The notes below the pieces were generated by a model, which ran no database searches, had not been told where the DNA came from, and worked only from the letters and a program-made list of their open reading frames with translations. The translations under genes and the position numbers were made by a program. From contig CAVTRY010000011.1 in the NCBI GenBank assembly GCA_963737265.1, forward strand, positions 1,335,271 to 1,399,270: a stretch of DNA of 64,000 bases, in the 5' to 3' direction. This stretch comes from an uncultured delta proteobacterium (GTDB lineage: Bacteria > Myxococcota_A > Polyangia > Fen-1088). Below, in pieces: positions 41,803 through 51,977 of this stretch; the first letter of the stretch is position 1; every line of letters begins with the position of its first letter.

Positions 41803-43518
41803 ATGGCCAGCCTTCAGCGAGTCCACGTTCGCGGCTACACCTACTGGCGCATCGTCGAATCCCGCCGTGTGAATGGCAAGCCACGCCTTTCCGTGGTTGC
41901 CCACCTCGGCAAGGCCGATGATTTGCTGGTTCGTCTTCGGGCCGCCGACTCCCTTCGCCTCAAGTCCCTATCCCATGGCGCCGTGGCGGCTATCCTCACC
42001 GTCGCCCGCGAGCTCGACGTTGCCGGCACCATTGATCGTCACCTGACCGGCAGCGGCCGCCGAGACCGACATGCCTCTCGCCATCTGCCTGACCCACGTC
42101 GCCGCCCCGAACGCCACGATGGTCTCAGCGCTGGTCAGACCTTCGAGTTAGGCTGTGTCGGCAGGGCTTGCCATGCCACGAGCAAGCGCGCTTTTGCCGA
42201 GTGGGCACGTTCGACGACTCTGGGCGAACTCGCCAACATAAATGTCGACCTGCTTTCCAGTCAGCACTTCTGGGATCAGATGGACCAAGTGCCAGTTGAG
42301 ATTCTTGCATCGATAGAGAGCGAAATCGTCAGCCGCGCTTTGGAGCGCTTCGATCTCAAGCTCGACACAGTCCTCTACGACGCCACCAATTTCTTCACCT
42401 TCATCGATTCCACGAATACCCGCCCCAAGCTTCCCGCGCGAGGCCACAACAAACAGAAGCGACATGACTTGCGCCAGCTTGGCGTCGCACTCCTGTGCAC
42501 TCGCGATGAGGGGGTGCCGCTTTTGCACCGGACTTACGGAGGTGACGTCCACGATGCGCGATCATTTGCCGACCTCCTCCCGACGATTCGAGAGCGCCTC
42601 GTCGAGATCGGCCGAGACCTGCAGTCCCTAACCATGGTGTACGACAAGGGCAATGTCTCTCGCGCAAACCAGGAGCGCGTGGATGCATCGGCGATTCACT
42701 ACGTCGCATCTCTCGCTGTCTCGAATCAACGCTCGCTCATCGCAGAAGCGAATTCGCACCTTGAGGCCATCAAGCTCAACGAGGAGGAATCCGTCCAGGC
42801 CTACCGCACCCGACGAAAGATATGGGGAGCTGAACGCACGGTGGTTGTCGTGGTATCCGAATCGTTTCGTGCTGGGCAGATGCGCGGTGTCCTCCAGCAC
42901 ATAGCATCCGCGCAGAAGTGGCTCGACCATCTCGCCGACACGCTGGCGCGGGGCAAGCAACGACGCTCGCGCGAGGCCATTGAGCGCGACATCCAGACCC
43001 GACTGATGGGACGCCAGCACCTGCAACAGGTCATCCGATGGGAGCTCACGGGAGACAAGCAGCTCTCGCTCAAGCACGAGGTCGCTGCCCAAGCGATTGA
43101 CGATCTGTCACGCGACGTGCTCGGTCGGCTCGTTCTCATGACCGATAGAGACACCTGGTCCACCGAGAACGTCATCCGCGCCTACTGCGGTCAGGCCCAC
43201 GTCGAGGCGGTCTTCGCTCATCTCAAAGATCCCATGCACGTGATGCTTCGGCCTCAGTACCACTGGACCGACCAGAAGCTCCAGGTTCACGTCTTCATGT
43301 GCATCGTCGCCTATCTGCTCACCCGACTTCTCCATCTCCGCGCTCAGCGCGCAGGCTACCGTCACTGCCAAGAGGCCTTGCTCGACGGGCTTGCACAGAT
43401 TAGGAAGGCAACCGTCATCCGTACTACTTCCAAGAAGGCACTGCGCACCACCACGCAACTCGAGGACATTGCCCCAGAGCTCAAGGACCTCGTAGACCGA
43501 CTCGGTGTCTCCCTCTGA
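41803..43518 (+). CDS. IS1634-family transposase
   Basis: YWRIVESRRVNGKPR, LYDATN, GHNKQKRHDLRQ, VYDKG, Y..Q..VE..F..LK, RPQYHW. Confidence 0.9.
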   Translation: MASLQRVHVRGYTYWRIVESRRVNGKPRLSVVAHLGKADDLLVRLRAADSLRLKSLSHGAVAAILTVARELDVAGTIDRHLTGSGRRDRHASRHLPDPRRRPERHDGLSAGQTFELGCVGRACHATSKRAFAEWARSTTLGELANINVDLLSSQHFWDQMDQVPVEILASIESEIVSRALERFDLKLDTVLYDATNFFTFIDSTNTRPKLPARGHNKQKRHDLRQLGVALLCTRDEGVPLLHRTYGGDVHDARSFADLLPTIRERLVEIGRDLQSLTMVYDKGNVSRANQERVDASAIHYVASLAVSNQRSLIAEANSHLEAIKLNEEESVQAYRTRRKIWGAERTVVVVVSESFRAGQMRGVLQHIASAQKWLDHLADTLARGKQRRSREAIERDIQTRLMGRQHLQQVIRWELTGDKQLSLKHEVAAQAIDDLSRDVLGRLVLMTDRDTWSTENVIRAYCGQAHVEAVFAHLKDPMHVMLRPQYHWTDQKLQVHVFMCIVAYLLTRLLHLRAQRAGYRHCQEALLDGLAQIRKATVIRTTSKKALRTTTQLEDIAPELKDLVDRLGVSL

Positions 43519-43532
43519 AAATTAGTATATAC

Positions 43533-43574
43533 GTCCAACTACATAGAATTGTCTGCAATTCTATGTAGTTGGAC
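43533..43574. terminator. Perfect 19-bp-stem hairpin downstream of the transposase
   Basis: GTCCAACTACATAGAATTG-tctg-CAATTCTATGTAGTTGGAC; no clear U-tract. Confidence 0.55.
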
Positions 43575-43894
43575 CTCGCTTCTCTCCTCGTCTGGTAAAC
43601 TCACGCTAGCCAATTCGAGCAGTCCAACGGCTTTGGTGGGGAGCTGGCCAATGCTGCTTGCCGACGGCCGTATGTGGTATGAGACCATCGGAGCCATGCA
43701 GCGAAATGGAATTGGCATTTGAGCAATGCGCGTCAGCAGTCTATTGATGTCGTTCTGGAAGGCGACATCAGAGCGAATGTCCCCAGGCACCGTGAGGGCC
43801 TGGCGAACCTGGCAAGCTGCAACGATCCCGCCATTCGAAGACATCGTTCCCTACCTTTGGCAATTAACGTGCCGGGGACCACTTCGGCGGCACT

Positions 43895-44494
43895 TCAGTC
43901 GCCAGGAAGCGCGGGCTCGATTCGTACCAATGCGTTGGCCGTCGTGGACCAAACGTATCCATGCAGAGGGTGGGAACGAGATTTGCGAATGGGTTCGGAA
44001 TGCCTCGGGCGCCGTGGAGTCACCGCCCTTGTACCGAGGAATGGTTCGACCTGAGGGTGCGAGGACGGTGCCTGAAGCGCGTGATCGGGAGCCATCTCGA
44101 CGGCAGTCTTGATGGCCGTCTTATCGATGAGGGACGTGCCGGCGGATACCGCATTATCTAGAGCGGTATTCGCAGGCTCGATGGCGGCCGTCTCGTTTGC
44201 ATGTTCTGTCGGCGACGTCGCGGCAATCCGCTCGATGAGTGCCGTGACGCTCGGCCAGAAGGCGGCCATCACAGCCAGCACAACACCTCCAATGAAAACG
44301 AGAAGCGGTAACCTGCTGCGCCGTGGACTTGTGTCGAGGGTGTCGAGTTCTTCCCTGGAGAGGGTGTTCTGGCGGCTCCGCGCGCGAACCTCCTGGAGCA
44401 TCGAGCCTAGCCGCAAGGTCGGTGTCTTTGTGGGAACGGGCAGTGGCGTGCTGGTTCTTGGAATTCGTCGGACAATTCGTAGTTGTGCAGACAT
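43895..44494 (-). CDS. Hypothetical single-pass membrane protein
   Basis: Hydrophobic LPLLVFIGGVVLAVMAAFW; purine-rich RBS before ATG 44494. Confidence 0.6.
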   Translation of the reverse strand: MSAQLRIVRRIPRTSTPLPVPTKTPTLRLGSMLQEVRARSRQNTLSREELDTLDTSPRRSRLPLLVFIGGVVLAVMAAFWPSVTALIERIAATSPTEHANETAAIEPANTALDNAVSAGTSLIDKTAIKTAVEMAPDHALQAPSSHPQVEPFLGTRAVTPRRPRHSEPIRKSRSHPLHGYVWSTTANALVRIEPALPGD

Positions 44495-44564
44495 TCGACT
44501 TCTCCCATCTATCTTTGGTCGCTGCGACAAGTAGCCAAGGCCGTTCCAAGGTTGGGTCCACTGT

Positions 44565-45398
44565 CTACAGCTCGAACGGGTCGATGCTAGAGGGCACTAT
44601 CGGCGCAGGATGCTCCGGGGGCGCAGACAGCCGCCGGGGCGGCTCGATGTGTGCCGGATTCTTCAAGGGCGACGGTTCGACCACCCCGGCGCTGGTGGCG
44701 GGATTGGCCTCTTGCTTGAGATCATCCTCCGAAGTGGTGGTTTTGCTTCGTTCGCGCTTCCCAAGCAATTCTTGGTATTTTCGCGGCGTTTGCCCAAGCG
44801 ACTTCGTGATGCGTTTGGCTCTTGTGTCGTTCGGTCCTCTGTCGCCCGTCTCGCGAACGGCATCGCCACCGGCGGCGTTCTCGACCGTGCCGCGTGACGC
44901 CGGCTTACCGGAATTGGGCTTCGCAACCCACACGTCTGGCAGCACAGGTGGGGAGGTTGGTACCGAGGCCGCGATACCGGTGGCCCCAAGTTCGGCAGGT
45001 GTTCCGGACGTGGCAGGGGCAGAGCTGCGCGAGAATGCGGCGGAAGAGGCGTCAACCTTCCACCCTGTCTTAGCCAAGGCCCTGATTCCCAGCCCTACGC
45101 CTGTTATGAGACATGCGCTGAGGACCGCGAGTACGAGCATCGCGCTCTTTTGCCTGGGAATCTTGTCGAATGATCGGATAGAGACGTGCCTGTCCGTGTC
45201 GTCGTCGTTCGGCAAGACAGTGTCTTGCCAGCCCACGGCCTCGTGGCTTTCGCCTTCTTGTTCTTCTTCTTCGAAAAATTGAGGGGTGGTCCGTCCAACG
45301 GGGAGCGACCCGGCGGACGTGCGCACACCACGACCGACGTCTCCTCCAAACTGGCCGGGAGCTACCCGGGTCAATGTTGGCTTGGAATTCGCTGACAT
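44565..45398 (-). CDS. Hypothetical single-pass membrane protein, Pro/Ala-rich
   Basis: GGAGG RBS; hydrophobic MLVLAVLSACLITGVGLGI. Confidence 0.6.
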   Translation of the reverse strand: MSANSKPTLTRVAPGQFGGDVGRGVRTSAGSLPVGRTTPQFFEEEEQEGESHEAVGWQDTVLPNDDDTDRHVSIRSFDKIPRQKSAMLVLAVLSACLITGVGLGIRALAKTGWKVDASSAAFSRSSAPATSGTPAELGATGIAASVPTSPPVLPDVWVAKPNSGKPASRGTVENAAGGDAVRETGDRGPNDTRAKRITKSLGQTPRKYQELLGKRERSKTTTSEDDLKQEANPATSAGVVEPSPLKNPAHIEPPRRLSAPPEHPAPIVPSSIDPFEL

Positions 45399-45471
45399 GT
45401 ATTTGGCCTCCTGTGCTCAACTGTTCCAGGGCAAGCCGAAAACCGGGTGTGCCGGCTTGCTCGTCCGCTGG

Positions 45472-46056
45472 TCAACCTGGAAACTCCTTCAGGTCGTTCA
45501 CGCCGCCACGAGCGACCGACTCAGCTTCAGTCCGCGCCGGATTCTCAGCGGGGGCGTGGATTGTCCGGCCGTCTTGGCCCATCCCTTCTGAATCTGAGAT
45601 AGCTGCTTTCACATCACTACTGGCAAGTGGACCAGAGGGATGCCAAGCAAAAATACCCCGAATCGTCTCCAGCGCACACACTTCCGGCGCGTAGTGGAAG
45701 AGATCATTCAGTCCGACGATGCCCTCAAGGCGCCCGCCGGCACCGAGAACCAATAAATGCGAGACACCCTCTTTACTCATGAGCTCGGCTGCGCGCTCCA
45801 CTGGACAGTCCGGAGGGACGAATGTCGCTGGACTTGTCATCACGTCCTTTACCCTCGTCAGCTCGGGGACTTGACCGCTGGCAATCACGCGCACTACGAC
45901 ATCCCGGTCGGTAATAACTCCGAGCGAATGAGCATCCACGCCACAGACCGGAAGGAGTTCCACGCGATGCGTAGCCATCACGCTGGCCGCTCGCGCGACG
46001 GAACACCCATCGGTAACCCACGGAATATCCCTCTTCATGATTTCATTGCACTGCAT
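45472..46056 (-). CDS. CBS domain protein
   Basis: LPVC...GVITDRDVVVR, VKDVMT, LEGIV; GGGAGG RBS. Confidence 0.85.
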   Translation of the reverse strand: MQCNEIMKRDIPWVTDGCSVARAASVMATHRVELLPVCGVDAHSLGVITDRDVVVRVIASGQVPELTRVKDVMTSPATFVPPDCPVERAAELMSKEGVSHLLVLGAGGRLEGIVGLNDLFHYAPEVCALETIRGIFAWHPSGPLASSDVKAAISDSEGMGQDGRTIHAPAENPARTEAESVARGGVNDLKEFPG

Positions 46057-46204
46057 GGTTTGCCTCCCGTCAGACGGTTGGCGATGCAGCAAGAACTGTT
46101 CCGAGCAGCGATGCCTGAGTGGGAGAGGCGGGAAACGTCGACCAATAGAGCAGCTATCCTATCGTGGCAGTTACTCGTCTGTTACGTCGGGTACGTCACG
46201 GTTA

Positions 46205-46248
46205 CTTGGTCGGATTCTTGGTCGGATTCTTGGTCGGATTCTTGGTCG
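46205..46248. repeat. 12-bp tandem repeat (CTTGGTCGGATT x3 plus a partial unit)
   Basis: Directly visible in the divergent intergenic region. Confidence 0.9.
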
Positions 46249-46341
46249 ATGAACGCCGGCATCTCATCACCGCTGATGAAGGTCGCAACCTTGGCCCGAC
46301 CTCTGCATGGGAGTCGGACGGAAGCTCAAAGGAGGAGACGC

Positions 46342-46560
46342 ATGGCAATTCAACGACAAACGCAATCATTGGATGATGGGCGCATTACCTTCGTAGATTC
46401 AAACGTGTCTTCGACTACGGATCCGGTTTGCAAGATGGGCGTGGACCCGAAAGGCAGGGATACGAAGAGAGTCGACCGAGGGGGAAAATCCTACTTCTTC
46501 TGCTCAGAGGAGTGCAGGAAGAATTTTCAGGCTGATCCAAGCAGGTTCAGCGGGGGCTAG
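46342..46560 (+). CDS. YHS domain protein
   Basis: AGGAGG RBS; DPVCKM...GKSYFFCSEECRKNFQADP. Confidence 0.85.
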   Translation: MAIQRQTQSLDDGRITFVDSNVSSTTDPVCKMGVDPKGRDTKRVDRGGKSYFFCSEECRKNFQADPSRFSGG

Positions 46561-46592
46561 TAAGCGGCTGAAAGTCCTGCGAAAGGAATGGT

Positions 46593-47531
46593 ATGGCCGA
46601 AATTGTTGAGCGGTCGCCACGGAGCATCGTTGGAACTATCCGTGGACCTCTCGCCGTACTGGTTGGCCTGACCGCACTGGCGGTCGTTGAGCCTGTGTTG
46701 CTCTTGTCTCCTGTCGCGGCAAGGATGCTCGACAAGGGATTGAACATTGCCCTAACGGTCTGTGTGGCGTGGGCCTTGGTGCGTGTGGCACTACTTTGCG
46801 AAATCGTATTGGCTGACCACATCGCGCACTCGGCGGAAGACAATTTGGCGGTGCGCAAGGGGCGGACGCAAATCGCTTTTCTCCGCAAGTTGCTGGTCGC
46901 CGCTATCGTTTGCATTGCAATTATCACCGTGTTGATGGGCTTTCCACCTGTTCGTCGTTTGGGGACGAGCCTGCTCGCATCGGCGGGACTTGCTGGACTT
47001 ATTCTAGGCATTGCAGCACAGCGCTCGATGGGAAATCTCTTTGCAGGAATGCAGGTCGCCTTCACACAACCGGTTCGAATCGGGGACTCGATCGTTGTCG
47101 AGGGCGAGTGGGGCACAGTAGACGAAATCACGCTAACTTATGTCGTTGTGAAGCTATGGGACCTCCGTTGTCTCGTTCTGCCTATCAACTACTTTATCGA
47201 AAAGCCCTTTCAGAATTGGACTCGCAATTCGGCAAACCTGCTTGGCGCGATCTATCTCTTCGTCGACTTTCAAGCCCCGCTGTCGGCGATGCGCGAGCAT
47301 TTACGCAAGGTCGTGGAAACTTCGCCTCTTTGGGACGGTAGTGTAGCCACCTTGCAGGTGACCGATTGCACTGAAAATGCCTTGCAAATTCGCGCTTTGG
47401 TTAGCAGCCGGAATGCAGGTGACCTGTGGGATTTGCGTTGTCTGGTGCGAGAGCGTCTGGTCGATTTTCTGCGCGACGGTCACGGGGCTGCCTTGCCTCG
47501 CCACCGTGCGGCGCTCTCGAAGCTGGCGTAA
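46593..47531 (+). CDS. MscS-family mechanosensitive channel
   Basis: LLASAGLAGLILGIAAQ, PVRIGDSIVVEGEWGTVDEI. Confidence 0.9.
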   Translation: MAEIVERSPRSIVGTIRGPLAVLVGLTALAVVEPVLLLSPVAARMLDKGLNIALTVCVAWALVRVALLCEIVLADHIAHSAEDNLAVRKGRTQIAFLRKLLVAAIVCIAIITVLMGFPPVRRLGTSLLASAGLAGLILGIAAQRSMGNLFAGMQVAFTQPVRIGDSIVVEGEWGTVDEITLTYVVVKLWDLRCLVLPINYFIEKPFQNWTRNSANLLGAIYLFVDFQAPLSAMREHLRKVVETSPLWDGSVATLQVTDCTENALQIRALVSSRNAGDLWDLRCLVRERLVDFLRDGHGAALPRHRAALSKLA

Positions 47532-47542
47532 CCGCTGTCAGA

Positions 47543-47558
47543 TGGCACGGCGATTGCA
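47543..47558 (+). promoter_or_regulatory. Sigma-54 (-24/-12) promoter
   Basis: TGGCACG-GCGA-TTGCA matches the consensus TGGCACG-N4-TTGCW; intergenic. Confidence 0.7.
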
Positions 47559-47597
47559 GCGAGTTTACGTGAAGGAAGGGAAAGACGTTAAATTGTC

Positions 47598-49034
47598 TGA
47601 AGTGGACCCCTTTGGTAGGACCAGAAATGGCCCGAGCTAAGAGAGAGTCCGCGTGGGTTTGTTTGTAGATCCGGGTGAGCCTCGCCGGCAAGGAAATTGT
47701 TGAGAGCGGAGGCATGCTGATGGCTGCTGTCCACGGATGCAATGCGCGCACGGCCCCACAGAAGCAGGTGAACGCGTTGCAGTTGTGGGCAGCGTGCCAT
47801 CAGCATGATGCAGCGGCGATTTAGGCGGCCTCTTTCATCGCCGACTTCTTTAGTTCGAATTCGTAAAACGCTACGGGTGTCTGAAATCCAAGGGTTTGGT
47901 GAGGCCGCCTGTGGTTGTACTTGTCCAGGTAGATCGCGATGCCACTGCGGGCGTCGGCCACGTCTCGGTAGTCGTTCAAGTAGACCTCCTCGCATTTGAC
48001 AGACCGCCATAGACGCTCGAACGAAGATGTTGTCCATGAATCGGCCGCGACCGTCCATGCTGACCTTTACGCCCTTGTCCAGCAAAACCGATGTGAAGTT
48101 GTCGTCGGTAAACTGCGACCCCTGGTCGGTGTTGAAGATCTCCGGCAAGCCGAAGTTCGCAAGAGCTTCTTCCACGACCTCGATGCAAAAACGGCTGTCC
48201 ATCGTGTTTGAAATGCGCCAGGACAGAACCCGGCGCGTGTACCAATCCATCACGGCGACCAGGTAGCAATGCCCCTGTCTCGTCGGGATGTACGTGATAT
48301 CCGAGGCCCACACCTGATTGGGCCGAATGATCGCGAGATGGCGCAGCAAGTACGGGAATTTCGTATGTTCCGGCGCGGGCACGGTCGTCCGTGGTTTGGG
48401 CGCCAGCGCTTCGATGCCCATGATTCGCATCAGTCTCTGCACCCGTTTGCGATTCACCGTCTGCCCCTGTGCCTTTAGCAACCGTGACAGCTTCCGGCTG
48501 CCGAATGCTGGCAATTCAAGATGCAGCTTGTCCAGCTCCTTGCAGATGGCCAGATCTTCCTCTGCCATCGGCATCGGCTCCCAGTAGATGCCCGATCTCG
48601 CAAGATTCAGCAGCTCGCACTGCCGACGGACAGATAGGTCGTTGTGGGACTCGATCATGGCGCGCTTCTCCGTCAGCGAATGCGCGCGAGCCCGCGTGCT
48701 AAAAAATCATTCTCCAGCGTCAGCTGCCCCACCTTGCGCAGCAATTCCGATTCGCGTTCGGCGTTCGCCGATTCCTCTGCATTTGCATGGCCTGGTTCGA
48801 AAACCATGGCCAGCCGTGTGACGGCTTCCTTCTTCCACTTGTGAACCAGGTTCGGGTTGATCTTGTATCGGCGCCCGATCTCCACAACCGTTGCCTGCTC
48901 CCGCATGGCTTCGAGAGCTACCTGCGCCTTGAAGAGTGCTGTGTGCTTTTGGCGGTTCGTTTTCATCGTGTCCTGCCTCGTTGTTGAGGCGGACTACACC
49001 TTAGCTCCTGGTCCCATTTTTGGGGTCCACTTCA
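47598..49034 (-). mobile_element. IS3-family element, copy 1 (orfA 48673-48966; orfB frameshifted near 48020)
   Basis: TG...CA ends with IR TGAAGTGGACCCC; 3-bp target duplication GTC; WASDITY and FNTDQGSQF integrase core. Confidence 0.95.
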
Positions 49035-49054
49035 GTCGCACACCTAGGTGGCAC

Positions 49055-49306
49055 ATGGCCTTCTCAATTTTGAAGAGACTCAAGGGTGGACGTTTTCGCC
49101 GGACGAGCGGGGCTGATTCGACTGTCCGGAGTGGTCCGCCGATACAGAATCACCAGAAGAACGTCGAACATGCGGGGGAGGGATCGGTAGCCGAAGGCGC
49201 TATTAGCGGCGCCGTGGCGGAATCGAATCCCGTTGTTCTTGGCCCTTTTGTGATCGCCGCGCTCAACGAACTGTTCGAGAGATCAGACATTGGCCGTGAT
49301 TTGTGA
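49055..49306 (+). CDS. Small hypothetical protein (83 aa)
   Basis: AGGTGG RBS; would lie just downstream of the sigma-54 promoter if IS3 were removed. Confidence 0.45.
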   Translation: MAFSILKRLKGGRFRRTSGADSTVRSGPPIQNHQKNVEHAGEGSVAEGAISGAVAESNPVVLGPFVIAALNELFERSDIGRDL

Positions 49307-49409
49307 TGAGGTTTGATCGATGCCCGATGCAACCACAATCAAGAGAGCGGAGCGCGATCTAGCGCCGCTGCGGGTGAAACGACAGCGAGCGACGAGACCA
49401 AGAAAAGCG

Positions 49410-49969
49410 CCGGTCCCCCCATCGTAAGTCCACGCGCGACCGCCGAAGAGGGATAACCAGTTGTTGGGCGGGAGAGTCGTGTCCTTTCCATCTCGCCAGA
49501 TATACCAGTTCCGATGGGTAGCCTGGCGCGAGGACCTAGAGTCCGAGAACCAGGGGTGATGGTCGGAGGTATGGTTTAGAACCAAGTCGAGAACGACACT
49601 GATGTCGGCGTCCCTTGCCTGGGCAACCAGGTGGTCAAGGTCGGCAAGGGTGCCGTACACTGGGTCGACGTTGAGGTAGTCCGAAACGTCGTAGCCAAAG
49701 TCTACTTGTGGCGATGGGAAACACGGCGTAATCCAGATTGCGTCGATGCCTAGGTCACGCAAGTAAGGAATCTTGCCAGCAATACCGGGGAGATCGCCTA
49801 TTCCGTCGTTGTTACTGTCGGCGAAGCTACGTGGGTAAACTTCGTAAAAGACCGCATGTTTCCACCAGTCACTGGCTTTGACGTTGGGCCGCGCTTCTGC
49901 GCCGGGGCGAGCGAAGAGTGGCTCCCCCAGGACGACGAGAAGGGCAAGAAGACGCAATCGACAGGGCAT
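49410..49969 (-). pseudogene. 3'-truncated GH13 alpha-glucosidase/oligo-1,6-glucosidase
   Basis: WWKHAVFYEVYPRSFADSNNDGIGDL, DFGYDVSDY, DLVLNHTSD, PPNNWLSLFGG; similarity stops before the catalytic Asp/Glu. Confidence 0.88.
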
Positions 49970-50175
49970 CAGACCGCATACCTTCCCGGCTCCGCTTCGA
50001 AGAGCCAGCGGCACTTAAGCGAGCAAAACCAGTATATGCGTCCATCGAGGTCGAGCTGCTCCGCGCCTTCCTCGACAAGTTTCATTTCGAGCCCGCAAAC
50101 GGGATCGACGCGCACGCTGGAATCATCGCCTTGATTGACCGTCACCGTTCCTTCATCTGCTGGCGAATCGGGCAC
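49969..50175 (-). CDS. YHS domain protein
   Basis: DPVCGLEM...YWFCSLKCRWLFEAEP; GGGAGG RBS. Confidence 0.8.
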   Translation of the reverse strand: MPDSPADEGTVTVNQGDDSSVRVDPVCGLEMKLVEEGAEQLDLDGRIYWFCSLKCRWLFEAEPGRYAV

Positions 50176-50412
50176 CTCTCACCTCCCTGTCGGAGCACAG
50201 CGGGGCGGCGTTCTTGATGTTCTCCATTGGGGGACGTCCGAGCAAACCACGTGCCAGTCGCCAAATCCCCGGGGGGCACGACCTGGGCAGCCAGACGGCG
50301 CGTGCGCACAGAGGCACTAGCACGAGCGTTGCCACCGCGGTCGAGTTACGAATGCGTGACTTTGGCTTGAAACTGTTACGAACAGGGCTGCTGAGTCGGA
50401 TTCTCGTCCAAG

Positions 50413-51879
50413 ATGGGCACCAGAAAGTTGGGTTGGTATGTCCTTTGCTCAGTGAAGTCCGCGAGGTATTCAGCCGTGAATTCCCGAAGATTACGAACCT
50501 ATCAGGATGCTGTTCAGACCTTTCAGCGGGTCATCGACATCGTCCTTATCGTGCTCGCCCACGCAGCCACATGCTTGGTCTACCACCAACCTTGGCGCCG
50601 CGAAATGGGCTACATTACTGTTGTCGCCATCACCGCTTACAGTCTGACCGCTCAATCGCTCGGAGCCTATAGGAGGAGACGAGAACAGCACCTCTTTATT
50701 GAGCTGAGGTCGGTACTTACGGCTTGGGCCATGACCACGTCGGCCATCGCTCTTTTCTTGTTCGCCACAAAAACGTCGGCCCAGGTGTCGCGCGTCGTTT
50801 CGTTCGGTTGGATTGTGGCCGCTCCTGCGGCGCTCTGTGGATCCCGGGCCATCTGGCGTACCGTCCTGCGCACACGATGGGCAAAAGGTAGGTGCCTTCG
50901 CGCGGCCGCCGTTTTGGGCGTTACTCCGGGCGCCGAGCGATTGTGTGAACAAATCGCGCAAAGACCCTGGCTGGGATTAAGGATAGTGGGAATCTACGAC
51001 GACCGAAGTGCAGAACGTCACCATTCTTTTGCGAAGCATCCGTGCGACCATCTTGGGGGGACCCAGGCGCTCGTTGACGCCTGTCGGACCGGACGCATCG
51101 ACATCGTCTATGTCGCCTTGCCCCTTCGCGCCGAAGAACGGGTAGGCGATGTGCTGCGCGCGTTGGCGAATAGCACCGCCACCGTCTACTTGGTTGCTGA
51201 TATCCCTTCTTACGACCTGCTGTCCGCACGCTGGACTGCCGTGGGCGACACGCCTCTTATCAGCGTCCACGACACCCCCTTTCGCGGCGGGTCGGGATGG
51301 ATGAAGCGGCTCGAAGACATCGTGTTGGGTTTAACGATTCTGGTTATGATCTGCGTCCTCTTGCTCGTTATCGCGCTTCTGGTGAAGGCAACCTCTCCCG
51401 GCCCCGTCCTTTTTCGGCAGCGCCGCTATGGGCTCAATGGTCGAGCAATCCGGGTTCTAAAATTCCGGACCATGACGGTTTGTGAGGACGGTTCGAATAT
51501 CGCTCAAGCACGGCGAAATGATACTCGGGTAACGCCGCTGGGAAGGTTCTTGCGGCGCACATCGCTGGACGAATTGCCACAGTTTTTTCAAGTGTTGACC
51601 GGGGAGATGTCCATCGTCGGTCCACGCCCACACGCCGTCGCTCACAATGAGCAATATCGCTCGCTCATCCCTGGTTACATGCTTCGCCACAAGGTCAAGC
51701 CGGGAATCACCGGATGGGCACAGGTGAACGGCTGGCGTGGAGAGACTCCTACCGTAGATTTGATGGAGAAAAGAGTGGCGCATGACCTCGAGTACATCAA
51801 CAACTGGAGCTTTCTACTCGACTTGAAGATCATTTTCCTGACGATTGTGGGTCGGAAGAAGGCCCACAATGCCTGGTAG
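50413..51879 (+). CDS. wcaJ: Undecaprenyl-phosphate glucose phosphotransferase (priming glycosyltransferase)
   Basis: N-terminal TM helices, KFRTM, SLDELPQFF, MSIVGPRPHA, VKPGITGWAQVNGWRGET. Confidence 0.9.
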   Translation: MGTRKLGWYVLCSVKSARYSAVNSRRLRTYQDAVQTFQRVIDIVLIVLAHAATCLVYHQPWRREMGYITVVAITAYSLTAQSLGAYRRRREQHLFIELRSVLTAWAMTTSAIALFLFATKTSAQVSRVVSFGWIVAAPAALCGSRAIWRTVLRTRWAKGRCLRAAAVLGVTPGAERLCEQIAQRPWLGLRIVGIYDDRSAERHHSFAKHPCDHLGGTQALVDACRTGRIDIVYVALPLRAEERVGDVLRALANSTATVYLVADIPSYDLLSARWTAVGDTPLISVHDTPFRGGSGWMKRLEDIVLGLTILVMICVLLLVIALLVKATSPGPVLFRQRRYGLNGRAIRVLKFRTMTVCEDGSNIAQARRNDTRVTPLGRFLRRTSLDELPQFFQVLTGEMSIVGPRPHAVAHNEQYRSLIPGYMLRHKVKPGITGWAQVNGWRGETPTVDLMEKRVAHDLEYINNWSFLLDLKIIFLTIVGRKKAHNAW

Positions 51880-51977
51880 CCGGACCGTCTTGGCTTCCAT
51901 CTCCTCGGCGGGCTTTTGGCTCGGAACATGCAGTCCGCTGGGGATACTGTGAAAGTCTTTCGTGGTAAGGAGCGAGC

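Larger units (their letters stand above)
41556..43609 (+). mobile_element. IS1634-family insertion sequence
   Basis: Perfect 16-bp terminal IRs CTAGCGTGAGTTTACC / GGTAAACTCACGCTAG around a single DDE transposase. Confidence 0.88.
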
